From Octopus vulgaris (lineage: Eukaryota): DNA of 64,000 nt. Position 1 is the stretch's first letter. Each line of letters opens with the position of its first letter. The translations under genes were made by a program, and so were the position numbers. The stretch lies in contig OX597832.1 of NCBI GenBank assembly GCA_951406725.2, forward strand, positions 39,866,001-39,930,000, given 5' to 3'. Of the stretch, positions 50,359 through 62,965 are shown piece after piece. The notes under the pieces were generated by a model, which had not been told where the DNA came from, did no database searches, and saw nothing but the letters and a program-made list of their open reading frames with translations.

Positions 50359-51885
50359 AACTGTCACACTTTATTGCAGGTCAAATTTTTGTTGATATTT
50401 TGATATTACACATTGTACACACCTGAAACTCAGTCCACTGAGGTAGGTACGTACGCAGTGAACATTTCAATCATTATTGATAAGCTACATACAAAATTAT
50501 GTTGAGTTATGTATTTTGAAGTGCTTTATTACAGGTGTATGAAAATGCCCCTGAAACGACGTTTGACAGCTACAAAGAAGATACAGATTGTTGCCGGTCT
50601 CGCAGAAGGCTTATCTGTAGGAGAATTAGCCTAAGGGCTTTGTCGGGATACAAGAACATTGAAGGCGTATGTGGAAAACTCCACCACCAAACCAAGTCAA
50701 GATAAAGGTACGAGAAGTGTATCTCAGCATGACATCCCAAAAAAAAACAGGTAGACCAGTAAGAAAACACCTCAGTAGCACAACCGCTGCAAATATTTGA
50801 AAGTGCTGCAGCTGCTCCTTTGTTCAGAATCACCTGGTGTAGGATGCTTAAAGAGAAGCTGGAAGTGATAATTGCATCGCTAGACGCATCCTAAGCAAGA
50901 CCCACAACGAGAAGCATATTGATATATTGATTGGGCATGGAAGTACATAATGATCAATTTCCAAGATGTTCTCTTTGCAGGTGAGGCCAGAGCTCCTCTG
51001 GATGGCCTTGACGGATGGGCCAAAGTTTTGAGCCCCTCTTGGAGCTTCTCGCCCGCATCACATTCGGCATCAACAAGGAAGTGGCAGTGTCGTGTTTTGG
51101 GTGGGAACCATAGGAAATGAACTTGTCGGGCCTTTCCAAGTACCAGAAGGTGTCAAACTCACCAGCGACTCCTACACATCGTTTCCGGAGGGGCATTTTG
51201 CAGCATGGTTAGATGATCTGCCACTCTCACATCGACGACGATTGATTTCTATGCATGATGATGCTTCTTCGCATTCAGCCAGGGCCACTATTTCGTACCT
51301 CGCAACTTTGGGAATCACTGGCCAATCACTCATGACTTGGCCTCCCTGTTCTCCTGACCTTAAACCCTATCGAACAGCTCTGGTCAATCTTGAAGAGGAA
51401 AGTGCATGAAGGAACTATCCAGTTTTCATCAAAGGATGCCCTGTGGGAAAAGATCAAAGCAGTCGCCAGTACCATAGCATCTCAGATTAGTCAGCTAACG
51501 GCTTCTGTGGACAAAGGACTGTTTCTAAACAAGGAAGTTCTGTAGACAAATCAAGTACAGCACCAACAATTAAATTGGGTTTCATATCTTTTGCCGCTAT
51601 TCTTTAGTAGCATGATTCATTATTACAATAAAATGACGATAATACTTTTTTTTTCATTACCTTAAATTGACATTTTCGTACACCTGCAATAAAGCAGGAC
51701 ACGGTTGAAAACACCTCAAAATACATAAACTTTGTATGTAGCTTATCAATGCGATTGAAATGTTTCTTTGCGTACATGTGTACCTACCCAGGATCTTTCA
51801 GTGACCCAAGTTTCATGTTTGTTCAATGCTTAATGTTGAAAATATCAACAAAAATTTGACCTGCAATAAAGCCTGATACACAGTT
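50359..51885 (+). mobile_element. Full-length decayed Tc1-like transposon, DD37E (TRT-like)
   Basis: Long TIRs (AACTGT..CTTTATTGCAGGTCAAATTTTTGTTGATATTTT and its reverse complement), TA on both sides; transposase remnants VLFAGEARAPLDGLDGW, GSVVFWVGTIGNELVGPF, MHDDASSH, WPPCSPDLNPIEQLWSILKRKV after one frameshift. Confidence 0.85.
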
Positions 51886-51946
51886 TATACATAGAGATAA
51901 ATTATATGGGTGTCTTATTCGCAATTTTACAACCTAAAGGCAGAAA

Positions 51947-52154
51947 TATAAACGTCACTAAAGTGACAAAGGGCACTAGTTACCACCAGTATTGCTAGAA
52001 ATAAGAGTTAAAACAACTCAGTAGCCATGGGAAACACTATCTTGATTGTCAGTCATTAAGATGGTGCTTTCCATGTCTATTGCGTTGTTTTGACACTTAT
52101 TTCTAGCAATTCTAGTTCTGCTTAGTGCCCTTTGTTACTTTAGTGACGTCTATA
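51947..52154. repeat. ~208-bp near-complete palindrome (foldback MITE)
   Basis: ACGTCACTAAAGTGACAAAGGGCACTA / TAGTGCCCTTTGTTACTTTAGTGACGT with pairing continuing to the centre; TATA at both ends. Confidence 0.8.
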
Positions 52155-52286
52155 GATAAGTTACATTTCTAAGCATATCATGTAGGATGCCAGGACTGGC
52201 AAGGTAATAATATAACATTGAGTTCACAGTGAGGTGTAAACAAGCCATGAGGTGTCCTGTGTTGGCACTGTACTGCAGGTATGTGT

Positions 52287-52520
52287 GGCGGCGAGCTGGC
52301 AGAAACGTTAGCACGCCAGGCGAAATGCGTAACCGTATTTCGTCTGCCACTACGTTCTGAGTTCAAATTCCGCCAAGGTCAACTTTGCCTTTCATCCTTT
52401 TGGAGTTGATTAAATAAGTACCAGTTACACACTGGGGTCGATATAATCGACTTAATCCGTTTGTCTGTCCTTGTTTGTCCCCTCTGTGTTTAGCCCCTTG
52501 TGGGTAGTAAAGAAGTAGGT
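52287..52520 (+). mobile_element. SINE B
   Basis: Full length; imperfect TSD AGGT(A/T)TGTGT at 52277-52286 and 52517-52526. Confidence 0.9.
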
Positions 52521-52857
52521 TTGTGTGTGTATATATATCATTATCATCGTTCGACATCTGCTTTCATTGCTTGCATGGGTTGGACGGTTTGCCTGAAAAT
52601 GGGAAGCTGGTAGTGTTGTACCAGGTTCCAATCTGATGTGGCAAGGTTTCTACAGCTGGATGCCACCAACCACTCTGAGAGTGTAGTGAATGCTTTTTAT
52701 GTGCCATATATATATATATATCAACCCATGCTAGCACGGAAAACGGACGTTAAACGATGATGTGTGTGTGTGAGTATAAATGCATGTGTATGTATATACA
52801 CACACACTCACATATATAATGGATTATATAATTCATTCATCTGACTTTTTATTATTA

Positions 52858-53074
52858 CGAAGGGGTGCTGAACAGTTACTGGCTTTAAGGGTATTGTGAA
52901 AGGCCTGGTTGGAGGCTCAACCTTCCGTGTTCTTTCACAGGTCTCAGAAAAACTGAAGGACCGCTGCAATAAGTGTGTGAATCTGAGAGGAGAATATGTT
53001 GAATAAAATCATAATTAGCTGATCATCCCATACTTTCTTTTACCTATAGCCAGGCACTTTCCAGCATCCTCTCG
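52858..53074. mobile_element. mariner-type MITE
   Basis: TA|CGAAGGGGTGCTGAACAGTTACTGGCT...AGCCAGGCACTTTCCAGCATCCTCTCG; other copies at 53376-53595 and (partial) ~17285-17440. Confidence 0.75.
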
Positions 53075-53129
53075 TGTATATATGTATATACACATTTATG
53101 TGTATATATATATATATATATATGTGTGT

Positions 53130-53325
53130 GACATCGTGTGTACTGTTGGCGATTTTTTTTCCTTTGTCTTCCCTTCTCTGGATCTTTCCTTCTATGTTTC
53201 TATGTTTCCAACGAAGAGCTCCGCTCGAAACGTTAAACCCTCCTTCTTTCCTGAGCATCCAATAATACTATATTTGTTCCACGTCCTCGCGTTGTGTTTT
53301 TTTGTGTTTTCTTGTTTGGATTAAC
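53130..53325 (+). mobile_element. Penelope-like pseudo-LTR remnant with a mutated minimal hammerhead
   Basis: GTTT-CCAACGA-A-GAGC TCC GCTC-GAAA-CG-TT-AAAC at 53204-53238; related minus-strand pieces at ~17485-17592 and ~60540-60690. Confidence 0.5.
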
Positions 53326-53358
<33 letters not shown>

Positions 53359-53375
53359 GTATGTATATGCATATA

Positions 53376-53595
53376 CGAGGGGTTGCTGAAAAGTTCCTGG
53401 TTTTAAGGGTATTGTGAAAGGCCTGGTTGGAAGCCCAACCTTCCAACTTCTTTCATAGGGCTTAGAAAAACTGAAGGACTGTTGCAATAAGTGTGTGAAT
53501 CCGAGGGAGGAATATGTTCAATAAAATCATAATTAACTGATTGTCCTGTATTTTCTTTCACCCAAAGCCAGGAACTTTTTAGCCCCCACTCTTTG
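53376..53595. mobile_element. mariner-type MITE, second copy
   Basis: TA|CGAGGGGTTGCTGAAAAGTTCCTGG...CCAGGAACTTTTTAGCCCCC. Confidence 0.75.
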
Positions 53596-55074
53596 TAGAT
53601 TCCCTTCAATATATGTATATATGTGTGTGTCTGCATATACATACACCCACCTACACAGATTCTTTCAGTTTCTGTCTACCAAATCTACTCAAGGCTTTGA
53701 TCAACCCAGGACTCTAGCTGAAAGCGCGTGCTTTAAGGGCCCTTCAGTGGCAAGCTTAACAAAGTAGCCACATGCACACACACACACACACACACATGCA
53801 TATATATTTTATAATAACTCTGCTTGTCGCTCCGTTACTTAGCCCATCCGTAATGTTTCCACATGATTAGTTGAAGGGATGGGAGAGGTAGTGGTGAGTG
53901 AAATGTCTTTTTTTTTTTAACCAAGTGTTTTTCCTCTGTTACTCAGCCCATCTGTAATACTTTCACATGATTAGGGAAAAAGCAAGAGGGAGAGTGTTGT
54001 GTATCAAATCTATAAAATTGTGCATTAAGTAATCATCATATTGCCGTTTCCTTCACTTTTTGGTGATTAGCAGATGAGTGACTATCTTTTGATTCAGACA
54101 CAACACAGACTATGCTTTCAGGTTCTTTGGATAAAGTTTTCAGAAATACCTGAATAAGTTTACCATTAATTCTGTGAAATATCCATAGGTCCTGCTAGTA
54201 TATATAATAATCTGTATATCATATCTAATGAAGATACATCATGGAAATCCAAATTAACTGCAGAATTGGTCCTAAGAGACAAATATATCAGTAGTGGGTG
54301 AAAATCGTCCAACAGCAGCGAAGGTATTGCTAGATGTGTATTTCTACCTCATTGAGTTTCGTCAGTGGTAAGCACCCCTGGCAACCGCATACTAACACAT
54401 TCTATATTGTCACTGATAGAGGAGCACAGTGGTTACAGTTAGCTGGCCATCTGAATAAATATTTGTTACGTGCAACATATTTGTTTAAAATAGCTCTCTG
54501 TGAATCATACTGAATGCAGGTACAACACTGAAAGTCAAATTAACTGCAGTGTTTATCTTGATGCACACAGTTAACACAAAAATATACCAGTGTGTGTATA
54601 TATATATATATATATATATCAGAACAGGAGGAAAAAAATTTTGGTATTCACCATTACACATGTTTCAAGATTTTTTTCCAACTTCATGTTTTGATGTATA
54701 ATTTACTCTGCAAACAATTTTTCCGGAATTTTCAACTCTTATCCGTACCTTGCATAAATATAACAACTACATACGGAATTAGAATTCTGGAATAAGCAGA
54801 TGTGCATCAAGAGGACCAAGTTTGGATTTTAACCCTCCCTACATAATATATAGATTATGGGGGAGTAAACAAACCAACACCAGTTGTGGGACACATACAA
54901 GCTTCTTTCAGTTCCCGACTACCAAATCCACTTACAAAGCATTGGTCGGCCCAAGACTGTAGAAGACATTTTGCCCAAGGTGTCATGCAGTGGGACTGAA
55001 CTCAGAACCATGTGGTTGGGAAACTAACTTTTTACCATGCAACGATACCTCTGTGTGTGTGTGTGTTGTTTTAT

Positions 55075-55423
55075 TCCTTTACTTGTTTCAGTCATTTGAC
55101 TGCGGCCATGCTGGAGCACCACCTTTAGTCGAACAAATCAACCTCAGGATTTATTCTATGTAAGCCTAGTGCTTATTCTATCGGTCACTTTTGCCGAACC
55201 GCTAGGTGACGGGGACGGAAACACACCAACATCGGTTGTCAAGCGATGGTGGGGGGAACACACACACACACATACGACGGGCTTCTTTCAGTTTCCGTCT
55301 AACAAATCCGCTCACAATGTTTTGGTCGGCCCGAGGCTATAGTAGATGACACTTGCCGAAGGTGCCACACAGTGGGACTGAACCCGGAACCATGTAGTTG
55401 GGAAACAAGCTTCTTACCACACA
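55075..55423 (-). mobile_element. SINE A, near full length
   Basis: Reverse complement of the 37654 copy. Confidence 0.85.
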
Positions 55424-56122
55424 ATATATATATTGATATTAAAGTAATAAAGTTAATGTGTGGTCATAGAGTGACCAATGGTTTCGCATCCTCGAAAGCC
55501 GTAGTCCGGAGACAACTGTAACCCTTCACCTCTCAGGTTGCTACGGTCAGTGGTCAAAAGGTCATCATCGTGATGATGTCTTGAGGAAAAGTGGTAGTAA
55601 CGGGCAAACGTGGCGTTGCGACGCTGTGAAATTCCATTCGAATTATATACACACACACACACATATATATATATATATTTGTTTTTACTGTAATTGAAGA
55701 GGAGGCTTTCATCTACTTTAAATAACGAATTAAACGCGAATTGTTTTGCTTTTGACAGACATGTTTCATTGAAGACTTTCCTATTTTCTGTATCGGGATC
55801 ATCATCATCATCATCATCCTTATCAGTAGTAATAGTTGTTGTTTGAAATCACATGGGGAGAAAAGAAGAAAAAAAATATATATATATATTTAGCTGTTAC
55901 TATGTATTTAACATGATTCACACTTGGACAACTGGCCACTTTACTCATCACACTTATATACACACGTACATACAGGCGATGTACACATACACACAGCCGA
56001 TAAGACACACACATCACCTGCAGTTAAAATATCTAATCACACACACACACACACACGCGGATATACGTATCTTCATATATATACATACAATAGATACATA
56101 CAAGTACTATTGTGTGTGCGTA

Positions 56123-56176
<54 letters not shown>

Positions 56177-56731
56177 AGAGGTAGGGGTAATGATTTGGCC
56201 ATCCCAGCTGACCTGCCAACGGAAGGATGTCCAAAGATCAGGCTCGAAACACCGAACGAACGTTGGACGCCATCTGATGACATCAACTCCACTTGTCAAG
56301 GCTACATTCTTTTACCTGTAATCATTGACATCTCATCCACACGCACACACACACACACACACGTACACACACACACACACACACACATATACTTACTTAC
56401 ACACTGATATAGCAATTATTCCAGTCGATAGATTACAAACTAGTTTACCAGTTGTATGGGATACTAGTGTAACCAGGATATACATACATTAACTGATAAC
56501 ACCAGCATATAGATATAATGCGTATATACCTCCGCCCATAAATATATATATATATTGTGTGTGTGTGTCAGACTACGGCTGTGCTGGGGCACCGCCTTAT
56601 ATTAAAAACGGGAGGGCGAGTTTATGGGATTACCTTAGGGTTCACGTCCATAAAGGGTATAAAGGGTTTAGCTTTATGGCGTATCGCCAGATCCCAAATT
56701 CCTCTCTACTCAAAAGTGCGCGCGTGTATGT

Positions 56732-56791
<60 letters not shown>

Positions 56792-59700
56792 ACACATATA
56801 CATATGAGTGTGAAGGTGTGTATGTGTGCGTGCGCTATGGTGGGAACTGTGCCAGGTTATAATAGTCGAACTCGTCTGGTTTATTCGTCCACTGTTTATT
56901 AAATTAAATTCAAGGTCACAGTAATTAGTCACGATTATCGTCGTCAACCCTTCGATAAGAGTACCGCACCCAACTAAAGATACTTGTCGATTTGTTCACG
57001 GTCGAAATGTATCGATACTGTTTCGTGTCTATTCAAGACAACCGAGGCTCTCTCACTTATTACATTCTTTATATATATATATATATAGCTTTGTGTGTGT
57101 ATAAAATCTCTTCTCTTTTCCTTATTCTGAAGGCCTGACTTACACGGTTACAGGTGGTTGTAGGGACCGAATCGAAGGGAGTAGGTTAGGTGTATATGAA
57201 AGGGTCAGGTCGCAAGGTAAATTGTACTGCTTCATAATATAGTATATTATTACTGGTTCTAATGTTATCGATGACCCCCCCTCCCTCCATTCGTTCGATC
57301 TCGGCTGTATTTTGGGCTCAAATCTTTAAAATAAATAATTGTGTTTTTCATATAGATAAATAGACACAAGACCATCGATGTGGGGTGGGTAGGATTTGTC
57401 AGTTAAATCAAAGGAAAGACTTCGCCCCCACCCCCATATGTCGATTTTTAATTTAATTTTATTTATTTATTATTTATTTTTTTTTTTTTTTTTTGCCAAA
57501 AACCCATGTTTTCGGCTACGGATATTCCGGGAAAATGCCAAAAAATCGGCATTTTAAAATCCCCTCCCCTCTCCCTAAATTCTTCTTTGACTTTTTTCAG
57601 AATTTTTTTTTTTTTAAATATGCGGAAGTCTTTCCAAATCAAACCTCAATATTTGGTTTGTACCGTATTTTATTGATCCCGGAAGGATGAAAGAAAACTC
57701 TGTGGGATTTGAATTTGAAGCGTAAAAAATAAAAACAGAAAAAACCAACTAATTTTAGATATAAATATTTGTGTCGGACGCTCGGGACTTGATTGGGACA
57801 AAATAACAAAAACATGAAAAACCAGGGCAGTAAGTAGTTATTTTGGTAAACTGTCGGATAACTCTATCACTTCTATCTTATTTTTTTTTTTATGGAACTT
57901 ACACTGGATACTCGAAGGGGGTCTTTGAAATGTCCAAAATCTAAGTACAGGCCACAAAGAAAATATCAAATGTTCGTGAAAAAAAAAGACGTTAAAATAA
58001 CCTTAAATCTAAATGTTACTTCTATTACTGTTCTGGTATTTTCAATGCTTAAACTTTCTTCCCGTTCGTTTTAGAAGGAATAATAATAATATTGGTAAAT
58101 AGACTTAAACCCTTAACATATCAGGAGTAAACAATTAATCCATTAATCCTGGGACTCGCGCTTGCGGACAGCCAATTTCTGCTCCGATATCAGTGAGCAG
58201 GGGATATGGTCCGAGGGCCAAGAACGCCAGAGGTCCCAACTACCACAGGGTCGACCCATAAACCTGTCGGAGAGCGACCGATACCCTGAGGGATTATTTT
58301 TTATTTTTTATATATACCTTTCTCAACCTGATGAGCGAGCGGAGCCTGGGCTGGTAGCCAAGTCGTCGCCGGAGGTGATGTAGATGGGTTTTAACTGCAG
58401 GTCATTGCTGATTGACTTACAAACAAAACACCTTAGTAGTGACCGTCCTCTATTTCTACTTATTTATTTATTTGGGAACGATTTTGTTTCTAGAACTACA
58501 TACAGTATATGTCGTTATATTTTTTTTTATAAAACGTTAGAATGATTTGAAGGGGGTTTAACTTCTGTCACCAGGGTGATCGGGTGGGCCACGTAGAGGC
58601 TCTCTCGACATAGTTTTATTGTAGGAGAGGTTTGACTTGAGAGTTGCCCAGAAAACCCTCCCCAAAATGTTGCATAACGTCGAAACGGTTTTTGGTGGTT
58701 GTGAGGTAATTTAAAGCAAACACCGGTTTTATTTATTTTCTTTTATTTACTCATTGACTGCTACAATTGTTTATCCGGACCGATTGTGAGTGCATGTACA
58801 TCGCTGTGACTATTAATCCGGCCCAGTTGAGAGTGTATGTACACATTGCATCAGCTGATTATATCGATCCAGTTCGTTACGGGTAGCTTGATACTTCATT
58901 AATATACTTCATTAATCGACCGCGGAAAGTAGAAGAACGCAAATGAATTTGTCAAAAAGCTTTTTGCCCCAACGCCTCTACCGATTCTCTCTCTTATCCG
59001 TCCCTTAAATAATGATATTAATTACAATTATAATAATAACGTATTAAAATAAATATTCTTTTATTTGTTTCAGTCATTTGATTGCGGCCATGCTGGAGCA
59101 CCGCCTTTGTAATTTTAAAGACGGGACGAAATGTCACTTGGCATTTTGCTCGGTGCGCTAACAATTCTGATGATAATAATAATAATAATCGTTTCTACTT
59201 AAGGCACAAGGCCTGGAATTTGAGGGAACGGGGTGGGGGTAGTCGATCACATCGACCTCCAGTACTTTACTGGTACTTAATTTATCGACCCCGAAAGGAT
59301 GAAAGGTACAGTCAACCTTGGTAATAATAAATGGTGGTGGGGGCGATAAATGGTGCGGTGAAGGGAGTTTGGGTAAATGGCTCTTACTATTCTATTGTTT
59401 TGTCGAGAGGATTGTCTGTTTTTATGGAATCAGCGAACGAATAGCATTAAAAGATGCAAGAGATAAACATTATGACTCCATCGTTTTTTTGGGGTTTTTA
59501 AAAAAATTTTGTTAGTCTCCCACACACCCTCTTTATCCCACCCCCTTCTCTATCTGTATAGTTACGTAGGTGTGTAAGCTTATTCACACAGGTGAGTTAA
59601 TAGTCGATTATTTAATTGTCTTTCTGCTTGGCTATTCCATAATTATCGGTATCCATTTAATAGGTGACCAGTCCTGTTTGCTTTAGGGGAGTGATCAGTG

Positions 59701-60014
59701 ATGACTTGTCTATTGCATGCCTTTCAAGGAAAATGGCTGGCAAGCAACTGGGAATCGAAACCAGTGCAATGCCTACACTGTCTCCAAAAACACACATACA
59801 TACATACACATTTTTCTGCCTGTCTGTCTACTCCTTTATCTGTCTACCTACTCACCTGTCTGACTACTTGTCTGTCTGTCTGTCTATCTATTTATCCATC
59901 TACCTATCTACTATAGTAAATACTACACAATACCTAGTCTTGTTCACTGATGTAATCTATCAATCACACTAAATGGTATACAACACTTAGTTATATTCAC
60001 TAGTGTGAACTGTC

Positions 60015-60074
<60 letters not shown>

Positions 60075-60077
60075 TCT

Positions 60078-60375
60078 AATATAGGATAAAAATTTTTTTA
60101 TCAATGGTCAGCATATTAAAAAATACCTTTAAAGGTTAAATTTATATACAACTTATAAACAAGGGCAAAAGAAAAAAAATTTCTAATGCCAAATATGCCA
60201 AAACTAGACACATCGTCCATAACCATATAATTCATCAGTATAAGCACGCGTCTCGAAGAAGGCCGATAGAAATTTCTAAAAAAATTCCGTTATTACCATA
60301 TCGGCCCCGATTTCAGAGTTAATTCATAAGAACCTTCTCTTCGTCAGTGATAAATGCGGCAAAGAAATTAATGAA
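60078..60375 (-). mobile_element. Penelope-like pseudo-LTR remnant, same family as 118-524
   Basis: Colinear homology (TAGGATAAAAATTTTTT..ATCAATGG..AAAATACCTTTAAAGGTTAAA..GCCAAATATGCC); contains an intact hammerhead. Confidence 0.6.
60293..60353 (-). ncRNA. Type I hammerhead ribozyme with an intact core
   Basis: UUAUCA-CUGACGA-AGAG(AA GGUUC UUAU GAAUU AA)CUCU-GAAA-UCG GGGC CGA-UA-UGGUAA; all three stems pair; predicted cleavage after AUA between 60299 and 60298. Confidence 0.75.
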
Positions 60376-61078
60376 ATACTTACTTATACCCATGGAAGAA
60401 GCAAACACTAAGTCATGTGCACAACTAAGTACCCCAGATATATCCAAAATAGAAATTCTCCAGCCCATTTATAAGTTATATATATATATATTGTGTGTGT
60501 GTGTGTCTGTGTACAAATATGTATATATAGTTCAAATTTACAGAAAACAAAAGACAATGACAAGTGGGGGAACAACAAACAGGTGTATTAGTTTGACACT
60601 TGGGAAGAATGGAAAAGTCTTTGGCATTTCAAGTCTAAGCTGTTCGATGGAAAGGATTGAGAGCTTAAAAAATGGAGAGAGAGAACAGAAAAAAAATGGC
60701 CTTGTGATCAAGATGTTACACTTGCAATCACGAGATTGTGGTTTCAAGTATTGGACCAGGTGGTGCATTATGCACCTTACCTCGCATTGCTCTGCAATAA
60801 CTTTGGCACCAGGTGTGAGGTAGGCTGTACACCTGTTCAGGAAACATCAATTTGGTGGAGGGAGTGAGCTTATTGTACAATACAAACATTTGATCACTAT
60901 AAACAACAAATCATTTGCGCAGGTTGGTCAGCAAGAAATTTCAGAAATGTCTTTCTCAGTTTGGGGGCGGGTGGGTGGTGGGGCTTGACCAGTTCAAAGT
61001 TGAGCTCTTCTTGTTTTCTTGCAATTCGTTAATTAGTCTGTTTTCCAATGCCAAGGAAAAATATTTTTAAAAAATGAC

Positions 61079-61474
61079 CGCAGGAGTGGCTGTGTGGTAA
61101 GTAGCTTGCTAAACCAACCACATGGTTCCGGGTTCAGTCCCACTACATGGCATCTTGGGCAAGTGTCTTCTGCTATAGCCCTGGGCCGACCAATGCCTTG
61201 TGAGTGGATTTGGTAGACGGAAACTGAAAGAAGCCTGTCGTATATATGTATATATATATATGTATGTGTGTTTGTGTTTGTCTCCCTAGCATTGCTTGAC
61301 AACCGATGCTGGTGTGTTTACGTCCCCGTCACTTAGCGGTTCGGCAAAAAGAGACCAATAGAATAAGTACTGGGCTTACAAAGAATAAGTCCTGGGGTCG
61401 ATGTGCTCGACTAAAGGCGGTGCTCCAGCATGGCCGCAGTCAAAATGACTGAAACAAGTAAAAGAGAGAGTAAA
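61079..61474 (+). mobile_element. Full-length SINE A
   Basis: Close match to 37654-38048. Confidence 0.9.
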
Positions 61475-62322
61475 GATCTTTCAATCCTGCTTGTGATTAT
61501 CATCAGTTAAAGAAAGATTAATATTGTTTTTGTTTTTCATTATTTGTCTAAAAACAAACAAAAAACCCCTCAAAACATTAAGAATGAACTGCATAAGTAA
61601 ATACTAAATTGAAAATGTAGAATAATATCAATGGAATACATTGATATTTTTTAATATACAAAAATGTGTGTTTATATATGTATAAATACACACACACACA
61701 CATTCATATGTAGATATACATGTTTCTCTGTATGTGTCTATGTGTGACTATATCTATGTCTGTGTATTTTGCCTGTTTATTGTCAACCTAGCCGGAGGGC
61801 ATGGGGGGGGGGGGGCCAGTGACCTGTTGATAGCTTTGTTTCAACCACACCTACCTTCTTTTTATCTTGGTAAAAACCATCACTGATAAAACTAAAAAAA
61901 CAATGTCATTGTTTTCCCCCCCTCAAGAATTTAGTTGTTTTCCCTTCCTCTCTGTCTCCCCCCATAGGCTTATTGTTCTGCCTGCACCTTTGAAGGTAGA
62001 TGTGTTACACGCTTCCTATTACCTTTTCCTTGTGTGTACTTTTACTCATATGTAGGTGAGGGGTATTGTATATACTCTCTGTATATTTCCAGTATCTAGA
62101 AACATCTCATTAGGTATTAGTGCGCATTCGCTTTCAATGGCTGTCCTCAATTTGTTGACTGTTGCCAGGATTTTGCACTGTAAATTATATCTTATTAAAT
62201 ATCTCTAAAAAAAAATGTCTAGTGGTGTGAAATCTGGTGAATGCAGAGGGTTTTTTGTGTTTTTTATTTAAACCACTTTGTTCAATCTAACTTGGCAAAA
62301 TCTCTTCAGGGTAGGCCCTTAA

Positions 62323-62543
62323 CTCTTTAGTGTTCAGAACACTCTGTTAAATGTAATACTTTTTCATTCAAATTGTTTTGAATTAATCATGCATTATCTT
62401 ATTGCTTTGAGGTTTCAATGATGTGATTACTTATTTTCAGAATGGCATTGTAGGTTAGGAGTGAGAGGCTAGATATCGCCAGTTTGAATATAAAACATGT
62501 AGAATATATTGGGCCGGATTTGGCCGGTTTAAACACTAAAGGG
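62323..62543. mobile_element. TTAA-target MITE (same family as 38294)
   Basis: TTAA at 62319-62322 and 62544-62547; TIR CTCTTTAGTGTT / AACACTAAAGGG. Confidence 0.85.
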
Positions 62544-62746
62544 TTAAATTACTATGCTTGACAGATTGTTGCAGCAAGTTCTAGTAAATGGCACCGGTCA
62601 TCTTTTCAAAAAAGAACGGTCCAATTAATCTTTTTGATGATAAACTGTAGCTCCTAGTAAATTAATATGATGTTCTTCTAGAATATATAGATTCTCAGGT
62701 CTTCAGTAGATGCTGCTGTGGTGGTTAATCAAGCCATTTAATTTAA

Positions 62747-62965
62747 CCCTTTGGTGTTCTGATTATTCTATCAAACATAATGCTTATTGATTCCCATTGA
62801 TTTGAATTAATCATGCATTATCTCATATCTTCAAGATCTTGATGGTGTAATTACTTAATGTAGAATAACATTGTGGGGTAGGTGTGAGGGCCTGGATCTG
62901 GTCAGTTTGAACATAAAACAGATTAGCTATTTTGGCCAGATATAGCCGGTTTAAATACTAAAGGG
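62747..62965. mobile_element. TTAA-target MITE (same family)
   Basis: TTAA at 62743-62746 and 62966-62969; removing it restores the transposase frame WSDGVTFKLNG. Confidence 0.85.
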
